Below are positions 14,123 to 27,424 of a DNA stretch of 64,000 bases, piece by piece. The translations under genes and the position numbers were made by a program. The notes beneath the pieces were generated by a model. The model made no database searches and was not told the origin of the DNA. It was given only the letters and a program-made list of their open reading frames with translations. Source of the DNA: Callorhinchus milii (taxonomy: Eukaryota); assembly GCF_018977255.1 (NCBI RefSeq), contig NW_024704743.1, positions 77,874,001 to 77,938,000 on the forward strand. Direction: 5' to 3'. How positions within the stretch are numbered: position 1 is the first letter of the stretch; each line of letters starts with the position of its first letter.

Positions 14123-14271
14123 TTCCATGATTCTCTGCCAGAATCGGGCTCATATTAGGTTTGAAAAATCCCCAAATCACTCGTCGGGAAAATGGCAGCT
14201 TAAACGATATCTTGGACTGGGAGGCACCTTGAGATGTAATAGGATCTCCAGGGAACTTCAGGCATATCCTA
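14123..14271 (-). CDS. Candidate coding exon L (RICLKFPGDPITSQGASQSKISFKLPFSRRVIWGFFKPNMSPILAENHG)
   Basis: T-rich acceptor ending gatcag, weak donor gtacat; phase 2 to 1 links G to K. A competing candidate lies at 14360..14463. Confidence 0.3.
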
Positions 14272-15391
14272 CTGATCCATAAAAATCAATTAATGAGAAT
14301 AATTCAGCTATTGAGTGATCTCTGATAAGAGCCAATTTTTATGGGTAGGCAGGGCATACATGGGGTTCCCTCGAGGAGAATAAGCTACAGGACTCTTCCT
14401 TTTTGTTAACAGAAGGATTCCTAGGTTGCATTTGTATAATTTTATCTTTTAACCAAACTAAATCTGAAAGACAATGTGACACAAAAATGAGGCAGAACAG
14501 GTACAAAACAGAAAAATAAAAAAGCCACAGAGAGAGAATGGGGAAGAAGAATAAAAGAGAATGAGAAAATGTGATGCCAAGTGACTTCAGAAGCATCAAG
14601 AGCAAAATAAGAGGAAGCAGATTCAGGGTTTTTGAAAGAATAATTCAGGGATAATTCTAGGAAGTATGTGTTTAGCCACAGGGTAATTAGCAACTGAAAT
14701 GGGTTACAAAGAAGGGTGGTTGAGGCCAGGACACTGAACTTATTTAAAAGCAGCTTGATGCTGTCAAGGAAAAACAAGAGAGTGGGTTTTTTGGAAGGAT
14801 GAGATCAAAAGGGGCCAAAAGTTTTTTTTCATCTGAAACTCTCTTCTTGGTTCCAAGATGAGTACTGGCAACATTTTAAAACATTAATTGCATATTTATT
14901 CATTTATATTTGTGGATTACAGTGAATGTTACAGAAATGAATCTACGCTGATGTCTGAGTAACAGTACTACTGAAAAGATGCAGAACGAGTAGATCCATG
15001 GGAACGGAGGGGCAAGGGTTAAAAGTATTCATATTAACTTGCTGAGGCTGGTGGTTAGCCTCATTTTAATGCAAAAAAAGTCCACTTCAAAATATTTATA
15101 ATGTTAGCACTTAATATTGATGCAAGATTAAATACCAGTCATTTCAAACAAAAAGTTGATCAGGAAGGGGATTTAATGCAACAGCAAAATGTATGCTCTG
15201 AAATAAGCAATCTGTACCAGGACTCAAACTTATCAGGCAGTTTGAGTACAGTGCTAAGGGAGTACTGCACTGTTGCAACTATCGCTCCTCAAATGAGACA
15301 TTAAACCAATGTTCCAATTGTCTGGTAAAAAGGGCAAACACTACTTCAAAGAAGAGCAGCAAGTTCTCTCAGTTACTTGACTATTATTCAT

Positions 15392-15890
15392 CAACAACAA
15401 CAAAATTACATTTGTATAGCGCTTTTCACGTCGGGAGGACGTCCCCACATGAAAGGCTGGGAGTCAGAATTGGGAAGGGTGGAGGACAGGGGGGGAAAGC
15501 AGGGTGATCGAAAGCACGGTTGAAGCACGGAGGGTCTTGAGATGGGTCGTTGTTTGTGGCAAAATGTGGGACAGGGCAGTCAGAGTGGCTGCTGTTGGAC
15601 AACCAGGGGCGTCTGCCATGGTTAGGCCCGACGGAGGATTCGCAGGCTGGAGCAGAGGAAGGCTGTGGGGTGGTCGAGCAGGGATAGGAGTCGGGGTGGA
15701 TGGTGGGAGAGGAGGACCGAGCGGGAGTAATGGAGGGTAGAGGACAGCGGTAGGTGCATTTTGGAGAAGCAGCTCGGGTCAATGGTGGTAGCCAAAATGC
15801 ACCCGCCAAGACTAAGAGTGAACGGGGGGGTCAGTGAGGCATGGTTAGTACGATGGCGTGGATCATTGTGGGAGACGGGGACAATCTTAT
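15392..15890 (-). mobile_element. Internally deleted L2 derivative (5' region fused to 3' tail)
   Basis: 15545-15890 is homologous to the L2 N-terminal region at about 31230-31390; 15392-15545 is the L2 3' end. Confidence 0.75.
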
Positions 15891-16039
15891 AGTCCCAGTG
15901 ACTCATCCAAATTCACCAAAAAACAGATGCCTTGGTCATTTACCTAATTCTGTTTGTAGAACACTCACCGACGGTGCAGATTACCTGCCATAATAATAAT
16001 AATCCTTACATTTAATATAGCACCTTATCACGTGTTCAA

Positions 16040-16305
16040 GACATCACAAAGCACATCACAGAATATACTGTGAAGTGAATTGACTGTATCTTGTGGGTGA
16101 AATATTTGGAGTATTTGCTCCACAACACTTCAGCTTCCAAATCATTGTGTGAACTGCTTTGGGATATTTTGACATCACAAAGCGCATCACAGAATATACT
16201 GTGAAGTGAATTGACTGTATCTTGTGGGTGAAATATTTGGAGTATTTGCTCCGCAACACTTAAGCTTCTAAATCATTGTGTGAACTGCTTTGGGATATTT
16301 TGACA
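16040..16305. repeat. Direct tandem duplication, period 131 bp
   Basis: gacatcacaaagc...gggatattttgacat is repeated with only a few substitutions. Confidence 0.95.
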
Positions 16306-17045
16306 TGATAAATTGCTATATCAAGAAGTTGATATTTTGGCATGATAGATTGCTATGTCAACAAGCAAGTGTTTTCAAACAATGCACATTTGTCAGAAGC
16401 AAAACTAAAGAGATAATTGGACCTAGTTGTGCCGTATGCAAACCATGTGTAAGGCATTTTGTACAAAAGCAAATAATAATAATAATCCTTGCATTCGATA
16501 TAGCACTTTTCTAGATGTCTCAAATTACTCACAGACTATATTGTAAAGTGAATTGACTGTAAATTTGTGGGCAAAACGTGGGCCACAAATTTGTGGGCGA
16601 AATACAATTCATTTGTTCTAATCACACCATCAAAATTTACTGTGAAGTGTTGTGACTGTGTCCATTGCAATTCTTTGACAAGGCAATGTGAAAAGTATTT
16701 CATGGAAATCTTTCTAATAACTGTGTTACAAGTAATTAAAATGATTAACAACCAAAGAAAAATATTGATTGATAAAAATAAATCATTTTCATTTGTCTGG
16801 AATTTCATTTTTAAAGTCATCTGCAATTCTTTCTGTATAAAGGTGTTTGCACACAACGAGTAATAACTCCCAAAACTATACCAGATACACAACATCGAAT
16901 TCTGAGGGCCAAGCCATACAATTCTCTGACACTTCAATGTTTACTTGCTGATCTACCATCTTTCAGCCCAATTATAAAGGCGAGAAATTCCACCTACTTT
17001 TATACCTTATTCTGACTATTGTGCCGACAAAATGTACAGGCACTT

Positions 17046-20000
17046 CATAGAATCATAGAATTGTACAGCGCAAAAAGAGGCCATTCGGCCCATCGAGTTT
17101 GTGCTGGCTCTTTGAATAGAGCAATTAATGTCAATCCCACTCCCCAGCCCTTTCCCCATAACCCTGCAAACCCGTCCTCCTCAAATACCCATCCACCACA
17201 TTTTTAAAAGTAGTTATCGAATCAGCCTTGACCACCCTTTCAGGCAATGCGTTCCAGATTCGAACAACTCGCTGCGTGAAAAAATTTCTTCTCATCTCCC
17301 CTCTGCTTCTTTTAGATACTATTTTGAATCTGTGACCTCGAGTCAGCAACACACTCACCAGCGGAAACAGTTTTTCCCTTTCAAACCTATCAAATCCCCT
17401 CATGATTTTGAAGACCTCTATTAGGTCTCCTCGTAACCTTCTCTGCTTCAATGAGGATAATCCCAGCCTCTCCAGCCTTTCCTCATAATCAAGGTCCCTC
17501 ATTCCTGGTACCATCCTCGTAAATCTCCTCTGCACCCTTTCCAATGCCTTAACGCCCTTCCTATAGTGTGGTGCCCAGAACTGGGCGCAGTATTCTAACT
17601 GAGGCCTAACCAGTGTTTTAAATAGGTTAACCATAATCTCCTGACTCTTGTACTCTATGCCCCTCTTATAAAGCCTAGAATCCCATTTGCCCTTTTTACA
17701 GCCTTATCTACCTGCTCTGCCACCTTCAAGGATTCATTTACCTGCACCCCTAGGTCTCTCTGTTCTTTTAAACCCCTTAAGATTGTATTACCAGCCTGTA
17801 TTGCCTCCCCTCATTCTTTCTACCAAAATGCATTACCTGGCATTTCTCTACATTGAAACTCATCTGCCATGTGTCTGCCCATTTTACCATTCTGTCTATG
17901 TCTTTCTGCAGTTGGCTCCTATCCTTCTCACTGTTTACCACCCTACCTAACTTTGTGTCGTTCACAAACTTGGAAATGGTGCTTGCTATACCCAAGTTCA
18001 GATCATTTATGTATATTAAGAAGAGCAGTGGTCCTAATACCGATCCCTGGGGAATGCCACTGTACACTTCCCTCCAGTCAGAAAAGCAGCCATTCAACAC
18101 AACTCTCTGCTTTCTGTCTCCCAGCCAGTTCTGGATCCATGCTGCTACTGTCCCTTTTATATCATGGGCTTCTATCTTTCTTACAAGTCTTTCATGTGGC
18201 ACTTTGTCAAATGCCTTTTGAAAGTCCATATAAACTACATCAACTGCCTACCTTTATCCACCCTCTCCGTTACCTCATCAAAAAATTCTATTAGATTTGT
18301 AAGACAAGATTTGCCTTTAACAAATCCGTGCTGGCTGTCCCTAATTAACCTGTATTCTTCTAAGTGAAGATTTATTCTCTCCCGGATTATAGTCTCCAGG
18401 AGTTTCCCCACTACTGATGTTAGGCTGACTGGCCTGTAGTTCCCAGGTTTGTCCTTCTGTCCCTTTTTGTATAGGGGGGTCACATTGGCCACTCTCCAGT
18501 CCTCTGGCATGACTCCTGTGTCCAACGAAGATTGAAAAATTGTAGCCAAAGCCTCCGCTATTTGTACCCGTGCCTCCCATAGTAAACTTGGTTGCATCCT
18601 GTCCGGACCAGGCAACTTATCTACCTTCAGCGCAGTCAACCTTTTCAGTACTTCCTCTTTGTTTATACTTATCCTATCCATTTCCTCTACCCTCTCCTCC
18701 GATACTGCGGCATTTGTTGCATCCACTTCTTTTGTGAAGACAGATGCAAAGTACTCATTCAGCACATCAGCCATGTGCCTCCAAAATAAGATTTCCCCCT
18801 TGGTCCATAATTGGCCCCACCCTACCTGGATATGTTTGTAAAATATTTTAGAATTCCCTTTAATGTTACCCGCTAACCTTTTTTCGTATAATCTTTTTGC
18901 CCCTCTTATTTCCTTTTTCAAACCTCTTCTGCACTTCCTATATTCGATTTGGTTGTCTTCTGTATCTTGGGTTTGACATTTGTCATACACCTCCTTTTTC
19001 TGCTTCATTTTAGATACAATTACCTTTGTCATCCACGGAGGTTTGGAAGCCCTACTTTTCCCTTTTGTGGGAATGTATTTATTTTGTCCCCGAGCTATCT
19101 CATCCTTGAAGACTTCCCACTGCTCTTTAGTTGTTTTACCCGCCAATCTTTCTTTCCAGTCCACCTTGGCTAGGTCCCTTTTTAACTCACTGAAATTTGC
19201 CCTCTTCCAGTTGAATATCTTTATCTTAGATGGTTCCTTGTCTCTTTCCATATGTACTTTGAATCTAGTGATGTTATGATTACTGTTACCCAGATGCTCT
19301 CCCACTGAAACCTGCTCCACTTGTCCTACTTCATTCCCCAGTACTAGATCTAGCACTGCTTCCTTCCTTGTTGGGCTGGAAACGTACTGATCAAGAAAGT
19401 TGTCCTGTATGCATTTTAGGAATATTTCCCCCTCCTTGCCCTTTGCGCTGTTGTTTTGCCAGACTATGTTGGGATAATTAAAGTCCCCCATTATCACGAC
19501 TCTATTGGCCTTGCATCTGTCTGAGATCCGCTTGCAGATCTGCTCATCTATTTCCTTCCCATTATTTGGTAGTCTAAAATATACCCCTACCAGCGTAACA
19601 GCTCCTTTTTTGTTCCTTAACTCTAACCAGATAGATTCCGTTTTGGGGCCCTCCAGCACCTTGACCCTTTCCACGGCTATAACCGTATCTTTGACTAACA
19701 TTGCCACATCCCCTCCTTTTTTTCCTTCCCTATCTCTCCTGAATACATTGTAGCCAGGAATATTCAGCTCCCATTCCTGTCCTTGCTTGAGGCAAGTCTC
19801 TGTTACTGCTACTACATCATATCCCCCTATGACCACTTGAGCCTGCAGCTCACCAATCTTGTTTGCTAAACTCCATGCATTTAGGCACATGCACTCCAAG
19901 ACCGACTTGACCTGTTCTGCACTTCCCCCCTGCTTTATTTCTCCATTTTCTAGCTCTTCGTTTTTTGCATTCCCTTCCCCCCTCAAAACTAGTTTAAACC

Positions 20001-20450
20001 TTCTGCAACAGCATTAGATAGCCTGTCTGCAAGCACATTCACCCCAGCCCTGTTTAGGTGCAACCCATCCATATGATACAGGTCTCACCTGTCCCAGAAA
20101 TGGTCCCAATGATCCAGAAACTTGAAGCCCTCTTTTCTGGACCATTTTTCCAGCCAAGCATTCATATGCTTGATCCTGCCATTCTGGTACTTATTTGCCC
20201 AAGACACAAGGAGCAATCCAGAGATCGCCACCTTGGATGTTCGATTCTTTAGTATCTTCCCAGCTTTTGATATTGACCCTGTAGAGTCTCAGCCCTTTTT
20301 TTACCAATATCATGGATCCCCACCTGGACCACCACTTCTGGATGTTCTCCTTTCCCCTGAAGAATTTTATCCACCCTTTCTGCGATGTCTAAGACTGTTG
20401 CACCAGGGAGGCAACATACCATCCTTGACTCCCGTCTTCTGTTACAGTTG
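17046..20450 (-). mobile_element. Long, degenerate CR1-clade LINE (ORF1 SGNH-esterase remnant, ORF2 APE endonuclease plus RT)
   Basis: ORF2 motifs IMGDFNYP, PTRKEAVLDLV, PGNYRPVSLTS, DFQKAFDKV and [11 protein letters not shown]. Catalytic FADD is changed to FVND and there are frameshifts. ORF1 piece CCLPGA...VVVQVGIHD; (ATTCTATG)n 3' tail at 17046. Confidence 0.95.
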
Positions 20451-20584
20451 ACAGTTATTCCTGTGGAACATATCTGCCCTGTGAGTTCTTGTTCTACACA
20501 CTTCTCTAAGGGGAACTCAGTGTTATTCACTGCTCGTTCTTAAAACTTTCATTACAGCAATTGTGTTAGCATTTCATTCAAAAA

Positions 20585-20953
20585 TCCTGTAGCTCAGTGT
20601 TAGAGCACTTGCCTCGCAAGTGAGAGACCTGGTTTCAATTCCCGGCAGGGCGAAACGTTGAGCAAGTTTCCTTACTCCACGCATCTCTGTTTACCTAGCA
20701 GTAAGTAGGAATCCAGTTGTTAGTTGATTGAGGGATCTCTTTTCCGAAGATAATAATTCCTTCAAGTTTCTTTTTAAAAATATAATAAATTGGTCAATCA
20801 ATCCACGTTTGTGGGACATTGCTGTAAGCAATAGTCTGCCGCATTCACCCAGAAAATAATCAGTCAATTCACTTTACAGTGTATTCTGTAAAGCGACTTG
20901 AAAAGTGTCTACAACTTGATGAGGCGTTATATCAAATGCAAGGATTATTATTA
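20585..20953 (+). mobile_element. tRNA-Ala-derived SINE, long subfamily (also about 24923-25600 +, 26950-27758 -, 30670-30960 +, 43370-43716 -, 46258-46510 -, 59191-59565 +)
   Basis: Same head and tail as the short form, plus about 60 bp of internal sequence ctgtttacctagcagtaagtaggaa... Confidence 0.9.
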
Positions 20954-22396
20954 TCAAAAATATCATTTTGGAAGAATTGGAATAATAGTTATTAGAAATA
21001 TGTCATTGTGTCCATCAGATTAGACGTTAATTTGAGGTCCCGTCCATTTGTTCAGGTGGACAGTAAAGATTTATGGCACTATTCGAAAAGAGGAGGGAAT
21101 TCTCTCAGTGTCCTAGCCAATAATCTCCCAGATAAAAAATTAGACAATCATTTCATGACTGTTTGTGGGCCATCACTGTGTCGAAATTGGCTGCCGCATT
21201 CGTCTTCAACTCAATAGTAATTACACTTCAACAGAGACCTTCTGCACTCTGAGATGCCTTTTTTTTAAAAGATATTTGCGAATGAGAATCCTTTTCTTAT
21301 ATGAGTGGTACAGATTGAACTCAGAGACAATGGTCTAATTTGTGTCTGCAACTCCACGAGTGGTAGGCCTTCTTAACCACTTGTTTCAAACCTTTTTTCT
21401 GGTACCCGTAATTTAGATCCCAATATTGCATTAGATTCTGTTGGTTAACTCTTTAAAAACAAGACCTGAATACAAATCTTAGTGGAAACAGGATAATAAT
21501 ATAGTACCTTTTACATCGGGCAGACATCTCAAAGACCTTCACAGGATTTTACTGTGATGAGTAACGGCTGTGTAGGCAAACAATTATAGGGATAAAAATA
21601 CACAGAACGGGGCAAATATTCATGAATAATGATAGTTCCTCTATTACTGAACCTGGTGTTTGGTGTTTGAATTCAAAGCCATGATGAAGTTTTCAACAGG
21701 GATGAAAAGAGGCAGTGTGGGGATTTTCTGGGGTTTTGCTCGATGAACTTTCAGATCAAGTGGTATTTACATAGAATACTCTCTCAGAGTTTGAATAGCA
21801 GTTACAATCCAATGGTTGTGCATGATTCATGGAAGGTGTAGACTTGATGCGCTTTTTCTACACATTCCTGTTACTATGCTACAAAAATGCCTACAAATAG
21901 GGTAAAACCTGTGAAATGCTTTGAGAGATTTCAATATCATGATACGATACTACACCAAAACATAGGATTGCTACTATTATTTATTATTTTTCATCAATCT
22001 GAAATAGTATAAAAGGGCGTCATATATAATGGGATGGGATGATATGCAAAGAATGATTTGCTGGGATGTAAAATTCTTGCTCATGTACCTTTATTCTATA
22101 GCAGTGAACACCCAGCAATATAATTATAAGAATTGCAATGTAAAGCAAGCAGCTGATGAGAATTTGTTCTTTTACTTCAATAAATCTGCATAATGTACTG
22201 ACTTTATGACTCAATGGCAAAGAATGTACCCTATAAATAGACTTAGTATTAAGCAAGTTATGAATCCAACTTTATAGCTTGTAGTTAACAAAGGTTAGGT
22301 GCATACTCTAAAAGCTTCTTTTCTTTTGTCAAAATCCCACCCCGTCAAGAGATCTCCTTGTTTAGCCGACACACAGTTGCAAATTATAAATCTTAC

Positions 22397-22585
22397 ATTT
22401 CGGAAACTGATCCCAAAATATAACTGCCAAGTTCAGGGATATTCAACAAAATGAGGACAATAAGAGAATGATTATAGGATGAACATTGTGCATCTGCGAA
22501 GCAACTGGGAGGATGGGGTAAGGTTACCATTATAATGTCAAGGCTCCTTGTCATTTCTCCAACAGGAATGTATAAACCTTGTGAT
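22397..22585 (-). CDS. Candidate coding exon G (SQGLYIPVGEMTRSLDIIMVTLPHPPSCFADAQCSSYNHSLIVLILLNIPELGSYILGSVSE)
   Basis: Strong acceptor gtttttttctttcag, donor AT|gtaaga, single open frame of 189 nt; phase 2 to 2. Confidence 0.6.
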
Positions 22586-25125
22586 CTGAAAGAAAAAAAC
22601 AAGGCCCCTTTTGCAGACCCTGTGCTAATACTATTATGCTACGAAAGTGATTGTAAACTAACTCATCTGTTGAAAATCATCAAATAAAAGGCCTCCTGTT
22701 ATTGTCATTCTTCCATTAAATTAATTCACTGCTGTTTTTTTTACAACCATTGCTCCCAAAACAGCACTTAAAGACTCAGTAACTGCAGAAGTGTCATGTC
22801 AGGGATTTGCTCCTGAATATTATGGTGGAAACGTACTTTGTAATACAACAGATCTTGTTATGTGGAGGGGCTAAAGAGGTATATACTAGCAGTATACTTA
22901 GGTATATAACTGTTCCTGCACTTTGTAGCAACACATTCTTCATTGGAAAAAATATATTTTATGTTGATTCTTTAGATTTTCAACCGATTTAACTTTGGAT
23001 TGTTGGATCAAAATGTTTGAATGTTGTCAAGAACACCCCATGAAATAAGCTTACTGTAGGTATTTTATCACTGTTTGCATTCAAAATTACCCCCCAAAAA
23101 AAATTGATCACTCACCTTATAGCTGTCTGTGGGACATTGCTGTGTGCAAATTAGCTGTCATGTTCTCCAACAAAAAACTGCTTATGGGATAGACAGTGAT
23201 CTTTCTGGAATACAAATCAATTAGCAGATAAGATCAAAAAAAATATTTGTGTAGTAGATTAATAAAAATAATAATTTGGTCACTTCAATCCATGACTGTT
23301 TATGGGACACTGCTGTGCGCAATTGGCTGCTGCGTTTTGCTCACAAATATACAGTCAATTCACTTTACAATATATTCTGTGAAGCATTTCGAGACATCTA
23401 GAAGACATGAAAATATCAAATGAAAGGATTATTCATATTATTTCCTCCTATACCGCCCCCCAACCTGGCATCCATCCACATCACTATAAAATGCTCAGAG
23501 ACAAGTAAGTGAAGAGCGCTATATAAATATAAGTTGTGTTTTATGGGACATTGCCACATGCTGATTCGTTGTTACATTCACCAAAAAATACACAGTCACT
23601 ACACTACAGAAAAATATATTTAGAGCTTTGAGATGGTTTGATGTGACAAAATGCTATATCAAATATAAGAATTATTATTAACACATTCCTTATCAATGAA
23701 TGTTTACGGAACGCCACAAAGTTTCTCTCATTGGGTCCACCATCAATTATGTCACCATAAATGTTTGGAGTTCTCTAGTAATTACTAATGTCTCTGCACA
23801 ACAAGCCTTCAAGCGTTATTAAAACTGTTCCCATGTTGTCACATTTATAACAAATTCTTTCTTTATAGGATCTACAACATATTAAATGCTCAAATGTGAT
23901 CCAGTCTAAGCCTGTAAAACTATTTGTCTTAAAATTTAAGATTATGCAGATTTGTGGAAAATTCTTCAATTCCATCTCAATTTGGAAGCTGTTTTTTCCC
24001 AGGCTTCCAAAAATTCAGATTGAATTTAAGACTTTTTAACAAATCCATCCTTCTGAAGAGGTATTAAAACGAGGACTGTCTGCCTGCTCAAGTGGATGTT
24101 AAAGATCTCATGACATTACTCGAAAAGAGAAGAGAGTTTCTGCCAGTGTCCTAACCAACAATTCCCTAAAATAAATAAATAGTCATTCACTCCATGGCTG
24201 TTTGTGGGACACGGTTTGCACAAACTGTCTCTTGAGTTTCTCCCACAAAATACACAGTCAATCCTTTTTACATTGTATCTTGATGACATGAGGTGCTATA
24301 TCAAATGCAAGGATTTTTATTATTATTACTCTTAAAATGTTAGACAGAACGGTATCACAGGTTAAGACTAGATGGGATTTTGGTCTTTGAACGTGTTTGG
24401 TTAAATGTAAACAATACAAAGAAAGAATATCAGTCCTTGCATTCAGAATATATTTAATATAAATCACCTGTGACTACATCAATTCTAGACTGACACACAG
24501 CTTTTGTAGAACCTTTTATCCATCATTCTTTCCAGTCAGATAGAACAGATTTCTGACAAATGCTTGTGTTTGGGTCACGTTATGCAATTAAACTGTGATA
24601 ATCAGTGAAAGAAAAGTTTCAGGAAGCAAACAAAAAGATTGCTCGTCACCAACTAAAGAGCTGGTCTGATGAGAAAATAGGGTAAGGGTTTGCAATATGA
24701 TGTCTGAGCAACTCTTACATATCCGATTGCCTAATGTTTCTTGGCATCTATATCAATCGTAACATGCAGCCTGTATTGTTAATACAGAAATTGTTCTTTT
24801 GCTCTCTCTCTCGCCATCTCTCTATCATCCTGCATAGGTAAATGTTTACAAATGCTGTAGTTGACTCAGCGGACTTTCGGTAAGCAAAATCATGCATATT
24901 TACACATTGGGGACATATCATGTGGAGTCCTGTAGCATGCGAGAGGACCTGGGTACGATTCCTGAGCAGGGTGAAACATTAGGCAAGTTCGCTTATTCCA
25001 CACGCCTCTATTTACCTAGCATTAAGTAGGAACCCGGTTATTAGTCGATTGGGGGATCACTATTCCGGGTGTAATAATCCCTTCAATTTTTTTTAAAAAA
25101 TAATAATTTGGTCACTCGATCTACA

Positions 25126-25340
25126 ACAACAACAACAACAAGATTCCATTTATAAAGCGCCTTTCACGTCAGGAGGACGTCCCAAGGCGCTGCACAGTTG
25201 GGTCATGACCCGAGCAGGGGGAAATGGTCAGGGTGAGGGGAGGGAAGGGAGGGAGCGAGGAGGGGGGTAATGGTCAGGGTGAGGGGAGGGAAGGGAGGGA
25301 GCGAGGAGGGGGAAGAGAGTCGAGAGGGGAACTGAAGGCA
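25126..25340 (-). mobile_element. Short L2 3' end inserted in a SINE, with 9-bp TSD
   Basis: CGATCTACA at 25117-25125 and 25341-25349; internal tandem duplication with a period of about 46 bp. Confidence 0.9.
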
Positions 25341-25391
25341 CGATCTACAGCTGTTTGGGGGAACACTGCTGCGCACAATTGTCTGGCACAT

Positions 25392-25472
25392 TTCTTTGAG
25401 ACGTCTCATAGTAATTCACAGAATATCACTTTACAGGATATTCTGTGAATTACTATGAGACGTCTCAAAGAA
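25392..25472. repeat. Perfect 36-bp inverted repeat with 9-nt spacer
   Basis: 25392-25427 is the exact reverse complement of 25437-25472. Confidence 0.97.
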
Positions 25473-27005
25473 GTGATGAAACATTGCTCTGTGCAAATTA
25501 GCTGCTACATTCATCACTATACTTTTACGATATATTTTGTGAAGTGCTTTGAGAAGTCTTCTTGATGTGAAAAGCTTCATATTAAATGCAATAATTATTA
25601 TATTAACTCACAAGGTGAAATTCCAAAATCAGAGCTTGCCCTTCTCGCTAATTCTATTCGAATTGAGACAAGAGATGGCTCGATCTGTTTCAGATGTTAA
25701 TAATAATAATTAATAATCCTTGCATTTTGATATAGTGCTTTTTCACGTCTTATTAACGTCTCAAAGCGCTTCACAGAGTATACTGTAGAGTGAATTGACC
25801 ATATATTTGTGGGCGAACCGCGGCAGCCAATTGCGCACAGCAGTGTCCCATAAACAGTCGTGGATTGAAATTGACCAGTTTATTACTGTTTTGTTTTTTG
25901 GAGGGATTATTATTAGGCATGTGGAGTAAGGAAATTTGCCCAAGGTTTTGCCCTGCCTGGAATTGAACCCAGGTGTCTTGCTTGCAAGGCGAGTGCTCTA
26001 ACCACTGAGCTACAGGACTCCAGGACTCTTAACATTAACTTGTACAAAAATAAATGATGCCTTTCTGTTCTGAGAAATAAATAAGGCCTGTAGCCAAACA
26101 CATCGATGAAATAGTCCATCATATCTCCTCAAATTTGATTATACATGTTTGTGGTTTATGTGTTTGCTAGGCAGAGGCTGTAACGTGAAAATCAAGGAAT
26201 TGATAGAAAAGATACAAACTTGCAAATACTTAAGAATATAATTTATTTAAGGAAGCCTGTCGTGCCACTCATAGGACGCAAGCATCCATTTAAGCCTTGA
26301 GCTAATTCAGATTTAATTTAACAATTCAAGTATTTGTGATCCATTAATTCACTAATAAAGAGTGTGTTGTCTGTTTAATGTTTTTGTAGGATGTATTCAG
26401 TCTTTCACTGGTGAAGTCACACTTAAGAGCTGTGACAAATTAGTATGAAAAGATAATCAATATAAAACACCAAAATTCCCTTTGAGACTGAAACAACATC
26501 CAATTGCACAATTTGGAATTCTGTGGTCTCTGAGTTTGACTCAGATAGTGATAAAATCCCTGTTGAGAACTTTTTCAGGCACACAATCTATTATTTACAA
26601 TGTAGTTTTGTCCGTGCAGATATCAAAACCATGTTAAGATGATCATTTTCTTCAGCACAGTGAGGTTGCTCACACTGGAGTTCAGCTGTGCTTTGTAGAA
26701 TCATCAGATAATGTGGTTAAAAGGTTTAAATTCACAAAGGGATTCACTGATGGAGACCAGAGTCACTGAAAGGAAATTCTGCCTCAAAGTTACGGCTGAC
26801 TTTTCCATAAGTTGATCTTGCTGTGCTGCCTGTCACAGGTAGGATTCCCTATTAGAGATTCTGAATCTCAATTACTTAATCGCATTGTAACCAGCTACTT
26901 TTTCCCCAATGTTGTTAATATGGTTGCCACCCAATGCAATGAAAACAAATAATAATAATAATAATCCTTGCATTCGATATAGCGCCTTATCACGTCTTCG
27001 AGACA

Positions 27006-27424
27006 ACAACAGCAACAACAACAAGATTCCATTTATTGAGCGCCTTTCACGTCGGGAGGACGTCCCAAGGCGCTGTACAGTTAGGTCAGGACCCGAGCAG
27101 GGGGGAAATGGTCAGGGGGAGGGGAGGGAAGGGAAGGAGCGAGAAGGGGGTAGAGAGTCGAGAGGGGAGCTGAAGGCACGGTCAAAGAGAAAGGTCTTGA
27201 GACTGGCCTTGAAGGAGGAAAGGGAGGAAGCGGCGAAGGCACTGGGGATAGAGTTCCAGAGCCTAGGAGCTGAGAGGCTGAAGGCGGTTGGGGCGGAGGA
27301 TGTGGAGCAGACCGGAGCCAGAGGAACGGAGGGTACGGGCAGGTAGGTAGGGGGATAGTAGGTCGGAGAGGTAGGAGGGAGCAAGGCCGTGAATGGCCTT
27401 GTAGGTGAGGGTGAAGATCTTGAA
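27006..27424 (-). mobile_element. L2 3' fragment inserted in a SINE, with 9-bp TSD
   Basis: TTCGAGACA at 26997-27005 and 27425-27433; close match to the copy at 417-850. Confidence 0.92.

Noticed and set aside
14360..14463. Additional minus-strand exon (LVWLKDKIIQMQPRNPSVNKKEESCSLFSSREPH)
   Set aside because: The splice sites look good, but phase 1 to 0 does not fit the neighbouring candidates; left unresolved.
18235..19986. 583-aa ORF as an active or domesticated gene
   Set aside because: It is CR1 ORF2 with frameshifts, an internal deletion and mutated catalytic motifs (SDH to SNH, FADD to FVND).
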